Source: an uncultured delta proteobacterium (GTDB lineage Bacteria; Myxococcota_A; Polyangia; Polyangiales; Polyangiaceae). Taken from it: a stretch of 64,000 nt of DNA. Position 1 is the first letter of the stretch. Each line of letters starts with the position of its first letter. The notes beneath the pieces were generated by a model, which ran no database searches, was not told the origin of the DNA, and worked only from the letters and a program-made list of their open reading frames with translations. Made by a program: the position numbers and the translations under genes. This document shows positions 52,813 through 62,340 of this stretch, one piece after another. The stretch lies in the NCBI GenBank assembly GCA_963806225.1, contig CAWDXG010000004.1, forward strand, positions 4,512,001-4,576,000. Direction: 5' to 3'.

Positions 52813-53853
52813 CTAGGCGGGCGGCGGCTCGGGGACGATGGTTCCGCAGTTGGTGAACTGCAGGTTCGTGTCGACCCGGAAGTGCGATTCCACGGTGTGC
52901 CGCTCTGCGTGGAACAAATCGAGCGGGTAGGTCTTGCCCTTCACGATTCCGAGCGCGGCGGCCTGGGCGTCCAGATCCACCGAACCGGTCTGCTGCGTGT
53001 GCAGGCCGCCGAGGTCGACGGCGAGCTTTTCGTTGATGAAGACCCAAACGTCGTCGTCGCCGATGAACGTGAAGTGCTCGCCGCCCTGGTACTTGAACTG
53101 GGTGTGCACCTCGGTCGTGAAGCCGAAGTTGTGTTGTTTCCCGTCCGTGCCCGTTCCGGAATTGCCGAAGCCGGCGCCATCGAGCGGGAAGAACAGGTCG
53201 CTCTGGAAGGTCAGCACGTTGCCGTTCGGCTGCAGCGACAGGTACACGACGTACGGCTTGTTCACGTTCGCCGCGTACCGGTACCACTGGTCGAACGCGC
53301 TCTTGCTCGTGGTCTGTTGTCCATACGGGCAGGGGCCCGTCTGGCTCGCCTCGCAGATGCCGGTGTAGACGGGCTTCTTGTCGGCACCCAGGTCGTTCTG
53401 TACGAGCCCCGGGGTGGGCCCGCCGCCGCCAAAGTGCTCGAAATCCGGGTGCCCTCCGGCTTCGTTGTTGCCCTTGAAGTCGCGGACCACGGCCAGGATC
53501 GTCGTACCGCAGCCGGACGAGGTCGCGGCCCCGCCGTCCAGGCTCGGGGGTGTGTTGCCATTGAAGGCCGGGCCCAGCTTGTAGCCGCCTGATTCCGTCT
53601 TCGTGAAGCCGGCGGGTAGCTTGTAGGGGCCCGGCTTGGACGTGCCGGCGTCCGCACCGCTGCCACCGCTGCCGCCGAGCGAAATGCCGACACCGCCGCT
53701 GCCGCCCGTCCCGCTGCCGCCGCTGCCACCGTTGTCGGCGACAGAATTGCTGCTGCCGCAGCCGCCCGAGCTGGCGATGACGAAGGCGAACACGGCGCCG
53801 AGAGACGAAAGTGTGCGGAGGTCCACGGGTCGGTGTCGGCGCAATCTGGACAT
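52813..53853 (-). CDS. Fibro-slime (PA14-like) domain lipoprotein
   Basis: VRDF, HPDFE, FFPLD, HNFGFTTEVH, GDDDVWVFIN, DLGGLH and FHAERH motifs. Confidence 0.9.
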   Translation of the reverse strand: MSRLRRHRPVDLRTLSSLGAVFAFVIASSGGCGSSNSVADNGGSGGSGTGGSGGVGISLGGSGGSGADAGTSKPGPYKLPAGFTKTESGGYKLGPAFNGNTPPSLDGGAATSSGCGTTILAVVRDFKGNNEAGGHPDFEHFGGGGPTPGLVQNDLGADKKPVYTGICEASQTGPCPYGQQTTSKSAFDQWYRYAANVNKPYVVYLSLQPNGNVLTFQSDLFFPLDGAGFGNSGTGTDGKQHNFGFTTEVHTQFKYQGGEHFTFIGDDDVWVFINEKLAVDLGGLHTQQTGSVDLDAQAAALGIVKGKTYPLDLFHAERHTVESHFRVDTNLQFTNCGTIVPEPPPA

Positions 53854-53883
53854 GGTCTTCTTCCCTCCTGGTGGTTTCGTCCG

Positions 53884-54564
53884 CTAGATCATCTCGCCGG
53901 ACAGATACGGATTTTCGCGGCGCACCTCGTCCATCGGCGCGTGCTCGCCGCCGTAGGCGTGGCCCGGATACAGGACCGTGTCGCCGGGGATGGTCGACAG
54001 GCGCTGAGTCAATGTGATGCGCATCTGTTCGGGATCGCCGCCGGGCAGATCGACGCGGCCGCAACCCTGGAGGAACAGCGTGTCGCCCGCGAGCAGGGCG
54101 CTCTTCAGCCGGAAGCAGCTGGAGCCCGGCGTGTGCCCCGGCGTGTGCAGAAGCTCGATCTCGATGTCGCCCACGCGGATCGTGTCACCCGAGTCGTGGC
54201 CTTCAAGGTCCGAATCGGACAGCCCCGTGACCTTGATGATCCCCGGCACCTCGAGCTTGTGCGCGTGCACTTTGCACGGGGAAACTTCCATGAGTGTGGG
54301 CAGGCCCTCGACGCTGAAGCCGAACATGCTGCCGCCGACGTGATCGGGGTGGTAGTGCGTGGCAAGAGCGCCGACGAGCTTCATGTCGTCTTGCTTTGCC
54401 ACGTCGATGATGCCGCGTACGTCCCACGCCGGATCGATGACGACGCACTCGCCGCTGTCGCGATCGCCGACCAGATACGTGAAGTTCTGCATCTGCGCCG
54501 CAATCTGGTTCTCGCGGCCCAGGTCGCGACCCATCAGGAGCTGCTTGAGATAGAGCTCGGCCAT
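53884..54564 (-). CDS. Metallo-beta-lactamase-fold hydrolase (glyoxalase II/ETHE1-like)
   Basis: THYHPDH, HTPGHTPGS, GDTLF-GCGR and YPGH motifs. Confidence 0.9.
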   Translation of the reverse strand: MAELYLKQLLMGRDLGRENQIAAQMQNFTYLVGDRDSGECVVIDPAWDVRGIIDVAKQDDMKLVGALATHYHPDHVGGSMFGFSVEGLPTLMEVSPCKVHAHKLEVPGIIKVTGLSDSDLEGHDSGDTIRVGDIEIELLHTPGHTPGSSCFRLKSALLAGDTLFLQGCGRVDLPGGDPEQMRITLTQRLSTIPGDTVLYPGHAYGGEHAPMDEVRRENPYLSGEMI

Positions 54565-54644
54565 CGCCGGGAATTCAAGCACAGGCGCCCGGCTTCGTCG
54601 AAGCGCTCGCTGGCTCGCGCCGCCGGGGGCCGGGTGGCACGGCG

Positions 54645-55826
54645 CTATTTGCGGTTGATCCAGGCGAGCCCGGTGATGAGCTCGCCGGTAGTGCTGCAGT
54701 CGCGGATGCGCGTGGGAGAGCTCGCGTCGGAGCCGTCGGTATGGACGACTTCCACGTGTGAGCAATTGGCAGTGGCGTCGTCGCGCAGGTAGGCGAGCTC
54801 CGTGCCGTCGGGCGAGAACACCAGATTCGTGCCTGGATTGTCGGCTACCTTGACGACGCTCTTTCCGTCGAGCGAGGAGACGTAGAGCTTGAACTTGTCA
54901 GTCCAGTCCGCGTAGGCGTAGTGCGTTCCGTCGGGCGACAGCGTATTGCCCGAGGCGGTGTTGCGCACGACCTGGGGAGCACCGTTCGGCAGCGCCATCT
55001 TCATGATAGTGCGCGTCTGCTTGTTCGGCGGCGTGATGACGATACGCGTGAAGTAGAGCTCCGACTCGTCCGCCGTCGGCTGCGGATACAGATCCATCTG
55101 GTACTGCTTGTCGGGCGTGATGAAGCCGAAGCTCTTTGAAGCAATGTCGATGCTGCCGAGCCGGTAGCCCTTGTTCGTGGGCGGCGAGCCGCTGGTGAAG
55201 TCGTAGCGGCGGCAGACGTAGACGCGGTCGTCCGCGGCGTTGAAGCTGTGGCACTCGTCGTTGATGTTGCCGTAATCGAGCACCGAGACGCTCTGGGTCG
55301 TGGCGTCGTAGAGGAAGCTGTTCTGGATCGCGTCACCCAGCGTGATGCCGTAGTGCTGCGCCTGTTCCGGATCGCCGCAGGCGAACGCGACCTGGTTGCC
55401 GCTGTGCGAAACGCCCATGCTCCAGACGCGGTACGCATCGAAGATCTCCGTGGCGCCGCTGCCGTCCGGCTTCATCGACATCACCCGGTTCGGCTGCTTG
55501 TTCCAGTCGTTGAACAGGATCTGCTCGCCCGCGGGCAACGGGTTCTTCGCCGCGAACTGGATGGACGAGGCGGTCGGGACCGGCACGTAGCCGTCGGTCA
55601 GGGGAGCGTCGGTGGGCGCGTCGGTTCCCGCGTCCATGCCGCCGCTGCCCGCGGCGGAGGCGTCGCTTCCGCCGACCCCGCCGTTGCCCCCCGAGTCGAG
55701 AGTTCCCGCGTCGCTGCCCGCCTGTCCGCCGCCGTTGCTGCTCCCGCTGCTCCCGCTGCAACCGCTGCCCAGGGCCAGCGCCGCGATCAACGGCCAGGCC
55801 GCAAGCCCGCGCATTGTCCAAGCCAT
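54645..55826 (-). CDS. TolB-like beta-propeller lipoprotein
   Basis: Lipobox GSGC; Gly-rich linker; SPDG repeats. Confidence 0.75.
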   Translation of the reverse strand: MAWTMRGLAAWPLIAALALGSGCSGSSGSSNGGGQAGSDAGTLDSGGNGGVGGSDASAAGSGGMDAGTDAPTDAPLTDGYVPVPTASSIQFAAKNPLPAGEQILFNDWNKQPNRVMSMKPDGSGATEIFDAYRVWSMGVSHSGNQVAFACGDPEQAQHYGITLGDAIQNSFLYDATTQSVSVLDYGNINDECHSFNAADDRVYVCRRYDFTSGSPPTNKGYRLGSIDIASKSFGFITPDKQYQMDLYPQPTADESELYFTRIVITPPNKQTRTIMKMALPNGAPQVVRNTASGNTLSPDGTHYAYADWTDKFKLYVSSLDGKSVVKVADNPGTNLVFSPDGTELAYLRDDATANCSHVEVVHTDGSDASSPTRIRDCSTTGELITGLAWINRK

Positions 55827-55887
55827 GCTGCGAGCGAACCACGCGGCGTCCCCGCCGGCAAGCGCGGCGCGGGGACGGGATGCGCGC

Positions 55888-56278
55888 TCAGCCGGAATCG
55901 GCGGTGTCGCTCTCCGGGAACTCCGTCTCGATCATCTCGTCGAACCAGCTCGGGGGGTGGTAGCCGACGACACGCCCCAGCTCCTGCCCGCGGTCGAAGA
56001 TCAAGATGGTGGGCGTCGCAGTGACGCCGAGCTTTCGCAGTACCGGCAGCGGCCCCGAGGTGGTCACCTCGGCTACCTTGATCCGGCCTTCGTAGCGGGT
56101 CGCGACCTTCGTCAGGACCGGAGCGAGCTGGCGGCACGGCGCGCAGCTCTCGCTCCAGAACGTCGAGGATGACGGGCAGCTCGCTCTTTTCGACCTCGCG
56201 CTTGAAGTCATCGGCGCTGCCGATGTGGGTGGGGAGGACTTCGCGTTTCGGAGCGAAGAGGGACGACAGGAGACCCAT
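55888..56278 (-). CDS. Thioredoxin (one +1 frameshift at ~56160)
   Basis: SELPVILD(F/V)WSESCAPC, TPT cis-Pro motif and FDRGQ. Confidence 0.85.
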
Positions 56279-56411
56279 GCGCGTACCTTCCTTCAGGGCT
56301 GGATCGAAAGCATCTTCCTGGTTCGAGCCTGGCAGCACGAAAAGGGTTCCGCACGACGCGGGGCGAACGGGCCATGGCCCCCGTCGCCGGTCGACGATTC
56401 GGCTCCAGCGC

Positions 56412-57920
56412 TCACGGCGCGGGCGAGCCAGCCGTCAGCTTGGGATCGCCGATCCAGCGCTTGGCGATCTCCAGCGCGACGGTGGACGCGCCGAGATTGC
56501 CGCCGTTCGTCCCAGCGCCGATGCAGGGGCTGCCGGCTGCGAGCGAGTAGTCGGCGTGGGCCGGGTCGGCAAAATCTGGATTCGTGATGCCGAGGTTCCA
56601 GGTGTTCGAGGAGTCGTCCAACGCGCCGCCGCTGTTGTTGTTCTTGGTGTTGTTGTAGGCGATGTTGTTGCGCGCTACTTCCACGCGGCTGCTGTACACG
56701 TCCATATAGAAGCCCACCCCGCCGCAGTCGACGGCGGTGTTGTGCTCGTAGGTGTTGGCAGGGGCGCCGTCGTTGTAGTCGAAGCCCTGTTGGGTCGACC
56801 CCACGGCAAGGTTTCCGGTTGCGGTCGTCCCCCCGCCGTGCGGGTCGTTGGTCTTGTTGCCGCCGCACTTGAATGCGTTGCCGTCCGAGGCGGCGTTGCC
56901 GTTCCAGTACAGCCCCGCTTGATACGACACGTTGTCGAGCATCAACGTGCCCTGGCCATAGAATGTGTCGTATCCGTCATCGCCCTGGTTTGCAGCAAAG
57001 TTGCGGACCAGCTTGTTGCCGTTCGAGGTGTTGCCCGCACTGGCCCCGATGCCGACTGCGTCGCCGACGTTCGTTCCATGGTTCGAGCCGTCGCCCATGT
57101 GGAAGAACGCGCAGTCCTGTACGAGATTGTTGCTGGCATTGTAGATGTAGACACCGGTTGACGGCCCGCCCGAGCCGTAGTGGCTGATCCGAACGTCCTC
57201 GATGACGTTTCCGCTTGCGTTGGCGCCGATGTAGATGTTGCCGGGGTCGCCGTTGCCATTGACGATCCAGAACGTCTTGATGTGCCAGGTGGCACCACCA
57301 GAAAAGATGTCGAACACGCGGCCGCCGGCTCCCGGAGCGAGGTCTTTGCAGTCCACCATCGGCCGCTCCGTGCCGTAGCCGTAGATGTTCACTCGCCCGG
57401 ATCCTGGAACGTCCAGGTTCCACCTCGAGGAAGGCCGGAGGACCCCGGTGCGCACCAGGATGGTCTTGTCGGTGCCGGTCGCGGGAGGATTCGCAGCCAC
57501 TGCCGACAGGGCCTTGCCGAGCGTCCGGAACGCGTCGTTGACCGTCGTGCCGCTGTTGGTGTCGTTGCCGTTGTTGGGGTCGACGTAGTAGTCGCCGGTA
57601 GTGACGGCTCCCGTCTGCGGATATTTCGTCAGGCTGTCGCTGGCGCTTCCGACGCCGGCGAGTGTCACGCTGCTGCCGCCTGCTCCTCCGCTACCGGCCA
57701 TGCCAGCGCTGCCGCCGCTGCCGGCCGTGCCGCCGGTGCCGGCCGTGCCGCCGCTACCGGCCATGCCGCCGCTACCGGCCATGCCGCCGTTGCCCGCGGC
57801 GCCGCCGTTGCCTCCTGTGCCAGCGTCCGTTTGACTGGATCGCAGTTTGCCTGGTGTCGTACAGGCGACCATCGAGGCTAGCGTGCCGGCGAGGAGCGCA
57901 GTGCGCAGCAGTGGGAGCAT
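56412..57920 (-). CDS. Right-handed beta-helix lipoprotein, polysaccharide lyase family 9-like
   Basis: Lipobox MVAC; YYVDPNNGNDTNSGT (DUF1565-like); DDGYD and DGNAFKCGG PL9-like motifs; DYSLAAGSPCIGAG. Confidence 0.75.
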   Translation of the reverse strand: MLPLLRTALLAGTLASMVACTTPGKLRSSQTDAGTGGNGGAAGNGGMAGSGGMAGSGGTAGTGGTAGSGGSAGMAGSGGAGGSSVTLAGVGSASDSLTKYPQTGAVTTGDYYVDPNNGNDTNSGTTVNDAFRTLGKALSAVAANPPATGTDKTILVRTGVLRPSSRWNLDVPGSGRVNIYGYGTERPMVDCKDLAPGAGGRVFDIFSGGATWHIKTFWIVNGNGDPGNIYIGANASGNVIEDVRISHYGSGGPSTGVYIYNASNNLVQDCAFFHMGDGSNHGTNVGDAVGIGASAGNTSNGNKLVRNFAANQGDDGYDTFYGQGTLMLDNVSYQAGLYWNGNAASDGNAFKCGGNKTNDPHGGGTTATGNLAVGSTQQGFDYNDGAPANTYEHNTAVDCGGVGFYMDVYSSRVEVARNNIAYNNTKNNNSGGALDDSSNTWNLGITNPDFADPAHADYSLAAGSPCIGAGTNGGNLGASTVALEIAKRWIGDPKLTAGSPAP

Positions 57921-58044
57921 CCCAATGGCATAGGCCTGTCGGAGACCAGCCGCAACACACGACATCGCGGGCTTGCCCACGGGCCTCTTGGCCGCGGCGG
58001 CAGCGCCGCCGACGTAGCGTCAGGTTCGACGAGGGGAGCGTCGT

Positions 58045-58401
58045 CTATACGATCAGATGCACCGCCCATTGCCCGGCTGTCCCGAGCAGGCTCATCACGG
58101 CGGCACCGATGAAGGCCATGCCCAGGCTCCGGATCTTGAGGCTGTCGAGCAGTGCGTCGGTCAGCTTCAGCAGCAGCGCCATGACGAGCCAGCGCGTGAG
58201 GAACGCCAGCAGGAAGCCGATCCCGAGCGTGCTGAGCCCGATGACCACGAACAGGAGCCAGCCGAGCAGCCAGTTCAACAGACCGAACACGGCCGCCACG
58301 ACTATGGCGCCTCCAAAACCGCGGACCTCGAACCCCGGCAGCAGCACGGCGGTCAGCCACACCGCAATGCTCATCACCAGCCACGAAAGCAGAATCTCCA
58401 T
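58045..58401 (-). CDS. YvlD/DUF360 four-TM membrane protein ('phage holin family')
   Basis: LLPGFEVRGFGGAIVVAAVFGLLN and STLG motifs; four hydrophobic segments. Confidence 0.8.
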   Translation of the reverse strand: MEILLSWLVMSIAVWLTAVLLPGFEVRGFGGAIVVAAVFGLLNWLLGWLLFVVIGLSTLGIGFLLAFLTRWLVMALLLKLTDALLDSLKIRSLGMAFIGAAVMSLLGTAGQWAVHLIV

Positions 58402-58450
58402 GTCGCGACCAACCTAACCACATCGCCTGGCGCTGCCAGCGCGTCGCGCC

Positions 58451-59173
58451 TCAGTGAAGATCGCGCAGCATCTTCTCGGCCTGCGCTGCCCACCTTGCGT
58501 CGCGACGCTTCACGAACGCGGGCTGGTGCTCGTAGTCGCCGAGCGCGGTCTGGAGTTGCTCGCGCGCTTCGTCCTTTCTACCCGAGAGGCCGAGGTAGTG
58601 GGCCAGCGCGATGCGGTGGTTGATGCGGCCGTCCACGCCGACCAGACCGCGCAGGAGGTCGGTCGCGTCCTCGTGCTCGCCGCTCTGCCAGAGCGCCTCG
58701 CCGTAGTCCAGCGCCGCCGCGTAGTCGCGGTAGGAGTTGTCGACCTCCATCAGCTCGTGCAGCTCCTCGGCGGCCTCGGCATGGCGATGCATGCCCATCA
58801 GCGACAGCGAGTGGCCGTAGAGGGCTTCCTTGTTGTCGTGGTCGTGCGACCGCACATCCTGATAGACCGCCGCGGCTTCCGGATATTCGCCACGGCCGTG
58901 CAGCGCGTCGGCCAGCGCCAGCTTGTTGAGCACGCTCGGCGTCTCCTCGGCCCTGTAGCGAAGGTCGGAGAGCGACGGCTCGCGGTGCGTGAGCCGGCTG
59001 ATCGCGCCGCCGCCGCCGCCGGGTCGGCGGTCCTGCAACTTGACGACGAAGAAGTAGATGAGCGGCCCGAACGGTACGAAGATGATGATCAGGTACCAGT
59101 AGAACTCCGCGCGGCGCCGGAAGGCGTCGACGATCATCCAGATGTAGAAAACCGCGAAGAGGTAGTACAGCAC
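58451..59173 (-). CDS. Membrane-anchored TPR protein (COG4700-like)
   Basis: Two N-terminal TM segments (WYLIIIFVPFGPLIYF), ETPSVLNK, TPR helices, PAFVKRR-W. Confidence 0.8.
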   Translation of the reverse strand: MLYYLFAVFYIWMIVDAFRRRAEFYWYLIIIFVPFGPLIYFFVVKLQDRRPGGGGGAISRLTHREPSLSDLRYRAEETPSVLNKLALADALHGRGEYPEAAAVYQDVRSHDHDNKEALYGHSLSLMGMHRHAEAAEELHELMEVDNSYRDYAAALDYGEALWQSGEHEDATDLLRGLVGVDGRINHRIALAHYLGLSGRKDEAREQLQTALGDYEHQPAFVKRRDARWAAQAEKMLRDLH

Positions 59174-59234
59174 GGGCGCATGCGTCCCCGACGCGCGGGG
59201 TCCGCTCTGTTCTTTTCGTCGAAGAGAGCGCGCG

Positions 59235-59795
59235 TCAAGGTGCGTGTCGCGGCGCTTCGTCCAGAGCCGCCAGGTAGCCCCTGAGCTCGGCCAGCAGGCT
59301 TTGCCGCTCGCTCTCGCCGAACCGCTCCCATTGGGCGAAGCGACGACAGAAACGCGTGCTGTCGACGCCCCGGAGCTCGAGCTCCCGGAGCCCGTCGGCG
59401 GCCTCCTCCAGGCGCCTCTCGCGGGGCTCGTCGGCGGCTCCGCGATAGGCGGGCCCCCGCGCGATGTGCTCGATGGCGTCGATGGCTTCGAAGCGCTCGG
59501 CGAGCCAGGGCGTGGTCCGGCGGAGGCCCTGCTCCACGTCGAGCTGTTCGGCTTCCTCGGCCGGAAGCACCTCGGAGTAGCGCTGCGGATCGAAGTCGAA
59601 GTACTGCCCGCACTCCACGCAGCGACGCGTGGAGCCCTGGTAGCGGCCCTTGCCCAGGGGGATGAAGTACAGATGCAGCGTGCGGCGATGGTCCAGCACC
59701 GACAGCGGGCTCAGCTTGCGGCACACGGGGCAGTAGTCGACGACCACGCCACGCAGCGCTTCTTTTTCGGTCGTGCCGACGAAGAAGAAGAACAT
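59235..59795 (-). CDS. Zinc-ribbon domain protein
   Basis: MFFFFVGT start; CPVC...LYFIPL...CVEC. Confidence 0.72.
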   Translation of the reverse strand: MFFFFVGTTEKEALRGVVVDYCPVCRKLSPLSVLDHRRTLHLYFIPLGKGRYQGSTRRCVECGQYFDFDPQRYSEVLPAEEAEQLDVEQGLRRTTPWLAERFEAIDAIEHIARGPAYRGAADEPRERRLEEAADGLRELELRGVDSTRFCRRFAQWERFGESERQSLLAELRGYLAALDEAPRHAP

Positions 59796-59827
59796 CGACG
59801 GAAGTCTAGCGCGGGGCGCGGGCGTTG

Positions 59828-60859
59828 TCAGGGCATCAGCACGAGCTTGCCGACGGTGGTGCCGGACTCGAGCGCGCGATGCGCGTCGGCCACGCGTTCG
59901 AGCGGGAATTTCGTGACCGGTGGCGCGCGCAGGCGACCCGCAGCGAGCCAGTCGAGCAGGGTGTTCATGCCCTCGGTCAGCAGATCCGTGCGGTCGAACA
60001 GATACGAGAGATTGAACGCCAGCACGCTCTTGTTGTCGCCGGTGAGCTTGAGCGGGTTGAAGCGCGGCATGCGCACGTAGTCGCGCGCCAGCTTGACCCA
60101 GTTGGGGCGGCCGCTGTTCCTGGGCAGCATGGAGTGGAAGCCGTAGATGACAAGCCGACCGGTCGGGCGCAGGTGCGCGTAGCTGCCGCGCAGCGTCTCC
60201 ACGCCGTTCGCGTCGAGCACGATGTCGTAGCCGTCCTGCGCCAGGCGCTCCGCCGCCGGCCACAGCGGCTCGCTGCTCTTGTCGATGACATCGTGGGCGC
60301 CGTAGCCGCGCGCAGTGTCGGCCTTGTGCGGCGCGCCGACCACGCCGACCACGTGTGCGCCGGCAGTGCGCGCGATCTGCACCAGTGCACCGCCGACGCC
60401 ACCCGCCGCCGAGTGCACCAGCACGTTCATGCCGCGCCGTGGTCGCGCCAGTTCCGAGAGCGCGTACCAGGCGGTGAGGAAGATCGTCGGGAACGCTGCG
60501 CCCTGTCCGGGGCTGAGCCCCGGGGGCAACCCGAACACCTGCATTCGCGGCACGCACAGCTCGGTCGCGTAGCCTCCGAAGCGCGTGACCGCGATCACCG
60601 CGTCGCCGACACGCAGGTCACTGACGCCTTGGCCGAGCGCGCTGACCTTGCCGGCCACCTCGAAGCCCGGAGTGATGGGCCAACCGACGTACTTCTTCGC
60701 CGATTCGTACAGCCCCATGCGCACGATGCAGTCGGCGTAGTTCACGCCGATGCCCTCGGCCGCCACGCGCACCTCCCCGGGCCCTGGTACGGGCACCGGA
60801 TGCGTCTCCAGCGACAGCGCGTCGTAGCTGCCCGGCTTGTGGATGACGACCTTGCGCAC
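59828..60859 (-). CDS. MDR-family NADPH:quinone oxidoreductase (VAT-1-like)
   Basis: GVNYAD, PGFEVAG, VHSAAGGVG and GKLVL motifs. Confidence 0.9.
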   Translation of the reverse strand: MRKVVIHKPGSYDALSLETHPVPVPGPGEVRVAAEGIGVNYADCIVRMGLYESAKKYVGWPITPGFEVAGKVSALGQGVSDLRVGDAVIAVTRFGGYATELCVPRMQVFGLPPGLSPGQGAAFPTIFLTAWYALSELARPRRGMNVLVHSAAGGVGGALVQIARTAGAHVVGVVGAPHKADTARGYGAHDVIDKSSEPLWPAAERLAQDGYDIVLDANGVETLRGSYAHLRPTGRLVIYGFHSMLPRNSGRPNWVKLARDYVRMPRFNPLKLTGDNKSVLAFNLSYLFDRTDLLTEGMNTLLDWLAAGRLRAPPVTKFPLERVADAHRALESGTTVGKLVLMP

Positions 60860-61087
60860 GCCCGGGCCAAGGTAGACGACCGGCCATCCGCGGAACAGCG
60901 GACACGCGAGCGGCCCGGGTCACGGGGAACTGCGCGCACGCTCAGCCTCATTCCGGGCGGAGTGGAATCGATGACCAAGGTCGATTGGCCGGCCCGTGAA
61001 GAACGACAAGGGCCTGGCCGATCCCGGCGGCGGATGGGTGCCTCCATGGGCTACACTGGACTTGTTGCGCGCGAGTAAGGAGCACTC

Positions 61088-62302
61088 ATGACGCCTGGCA
61101 AAGGCGGCTCCGAACAACACATCCCCCAAGCAGTCCTGGAAGCTCTGGATAGCGTCGTCGCTCCCAGCGTTCGCGACGCGTTGCTGCATTCCGCGCTGGA
61201 GGAGTATTCGGAAGCCGAGCTGCCCCGCGACCCTGCGCGCCTACGTGATTTCACTCACGGTCCCCTGCGCCGCGCGCTGGTCCAGGGCCTCGGCGAGGAG
61301 CTGGCCGAGACGCTGACCGAGGAGATCGGCAGGATGCTCGATCTGGCGGCGCCGAGCAGCGAGTCGCCGCGCCGGGCGTCGCGCAGCAGCGGCCAGCTCA
61401 GGGCCGTGGCGACGCCGCCGCGCCGATCGCAGCCGCCGCCCCGCTCGCGGACGCCATCCCCGGTTCCGCCGCGGCGCAGCCAGAGTCCCCGCCCCGCAAC
61501 CCTGCGCTCGTTGGCTGCGCGCGGCCTCACGCCGCCGCCGTACTCCGGCCAGGTTTCGAGGCCGGCACCTCGGTTCGACGCGGACGACGCGCCCGAGCTC
61601 GAGGTTTCCGAAGTCCTGGGCGACATCGACTTCGAGGATCTGCCCGGGCTCACGGAGAGCGCACCGCCCGTCGACGATCCGCTGGCCGACAGCGAGCGCG
61701 CCCGATCACTGGCCGATCTGTTTCCGCCCAGTACGAAGCAGCCTGCCTCTTCCGGCGCGCCGGGCTCCCGCAAGCTCACGCTCGGCTCCAGCTCGCACGG
61801 GAGCAGTCCGGGCTCACGCCATCCCGACGACGTCAAGACGCCACCCTGGTCGTCTGCCGAGTACCCCAGCGCGATGGCGCGGTCGATCGGCATGTCTGGC
61901 GCGTTGCCCTCATCGCGCCCCGGCCAGCAGCGCTCGCTGCCGCACGTGCTGGTCGCGACGCGGGATCCCGCGATGTTGCGACGCATCACCGTGTGGCTCG
62001 ATCCACGCGCAGCGGTGATGCGCGTACGCAGCGTGATCGACCTGTTGCACCGGATCGAGGATGCGGCCCACGCGCGCAGCGTGATCGTGCTCGACTGCCG
62101 CCAGCCCTCGATGCGCCCCGCCGCACTGGCTGCGCTCGCCGACGAGCTACCGGTCTCGACACACGTCGTGCTGGTTGCGGCGACGCCCGATCTGATGAGC
62201 AAGCTGGCCGACATTGCGCCGTCGACCTCCAGCTGGCTTGCGCTCAGCGGTACCGCACGCCCCAAGGAAATCGCCGCGCGCTGCGTCGAGCTCGTCTCCT
62301 GA
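61088..62302 (+). CDS. Hypothetical protein: helical N-domain, Pro/Ser-rich linker, receiver-like C-domain
   Basis: SD AAGGAG; C-terminal VLVATRD...VIVLDC...VVLV pattern. Confidence 0.6.
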   Translation: MTPGKGGSEQHIPQAVLEALDSVVAPSVRDALLHSALEEYSEAELPRDPARLRDFTHGPLRRALVQGLGEELAETLTEEIGRMLDLAAPSSESPRRASRSSGQLRAVATPPRRSQPPPRSRTPSPVPPRRSQSPRPATLRSLAARGLTPPPYSGQVSRPAPRFDADDAPELEVSEVLGDIDFEDLPGLTESAPPVDDPLADSERARSLADLFPPSTKQPASSGAPGSRKLTLGSSSHGSSPGSRHPDDVKTPPWSSAEYPSAMARSIGMSGALPSSRPGQQRSLPHVLVATRDPAMLRRITVWLDPRAAVMRVRSVIDLLHRIEDAAHARSVIVLDCRQPSMRPAALAALADELPVSTHVVLVAATPDLMSKLADIAPSTSSWLALSGTARPKEIAARCVELVS

Positions 62303-62340
62303 GCTCCCGGGTCGCCGTCAGGCGCTTTCCGTCGGCGGTT

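Noticed and set aside
58045..58401. Prophage lysis module
   Set aside because: The holin-family label covers a common chromosomal protein; there are no phage genes nearby, and the GH25 gene is 54 kb away with host-type sorting signals
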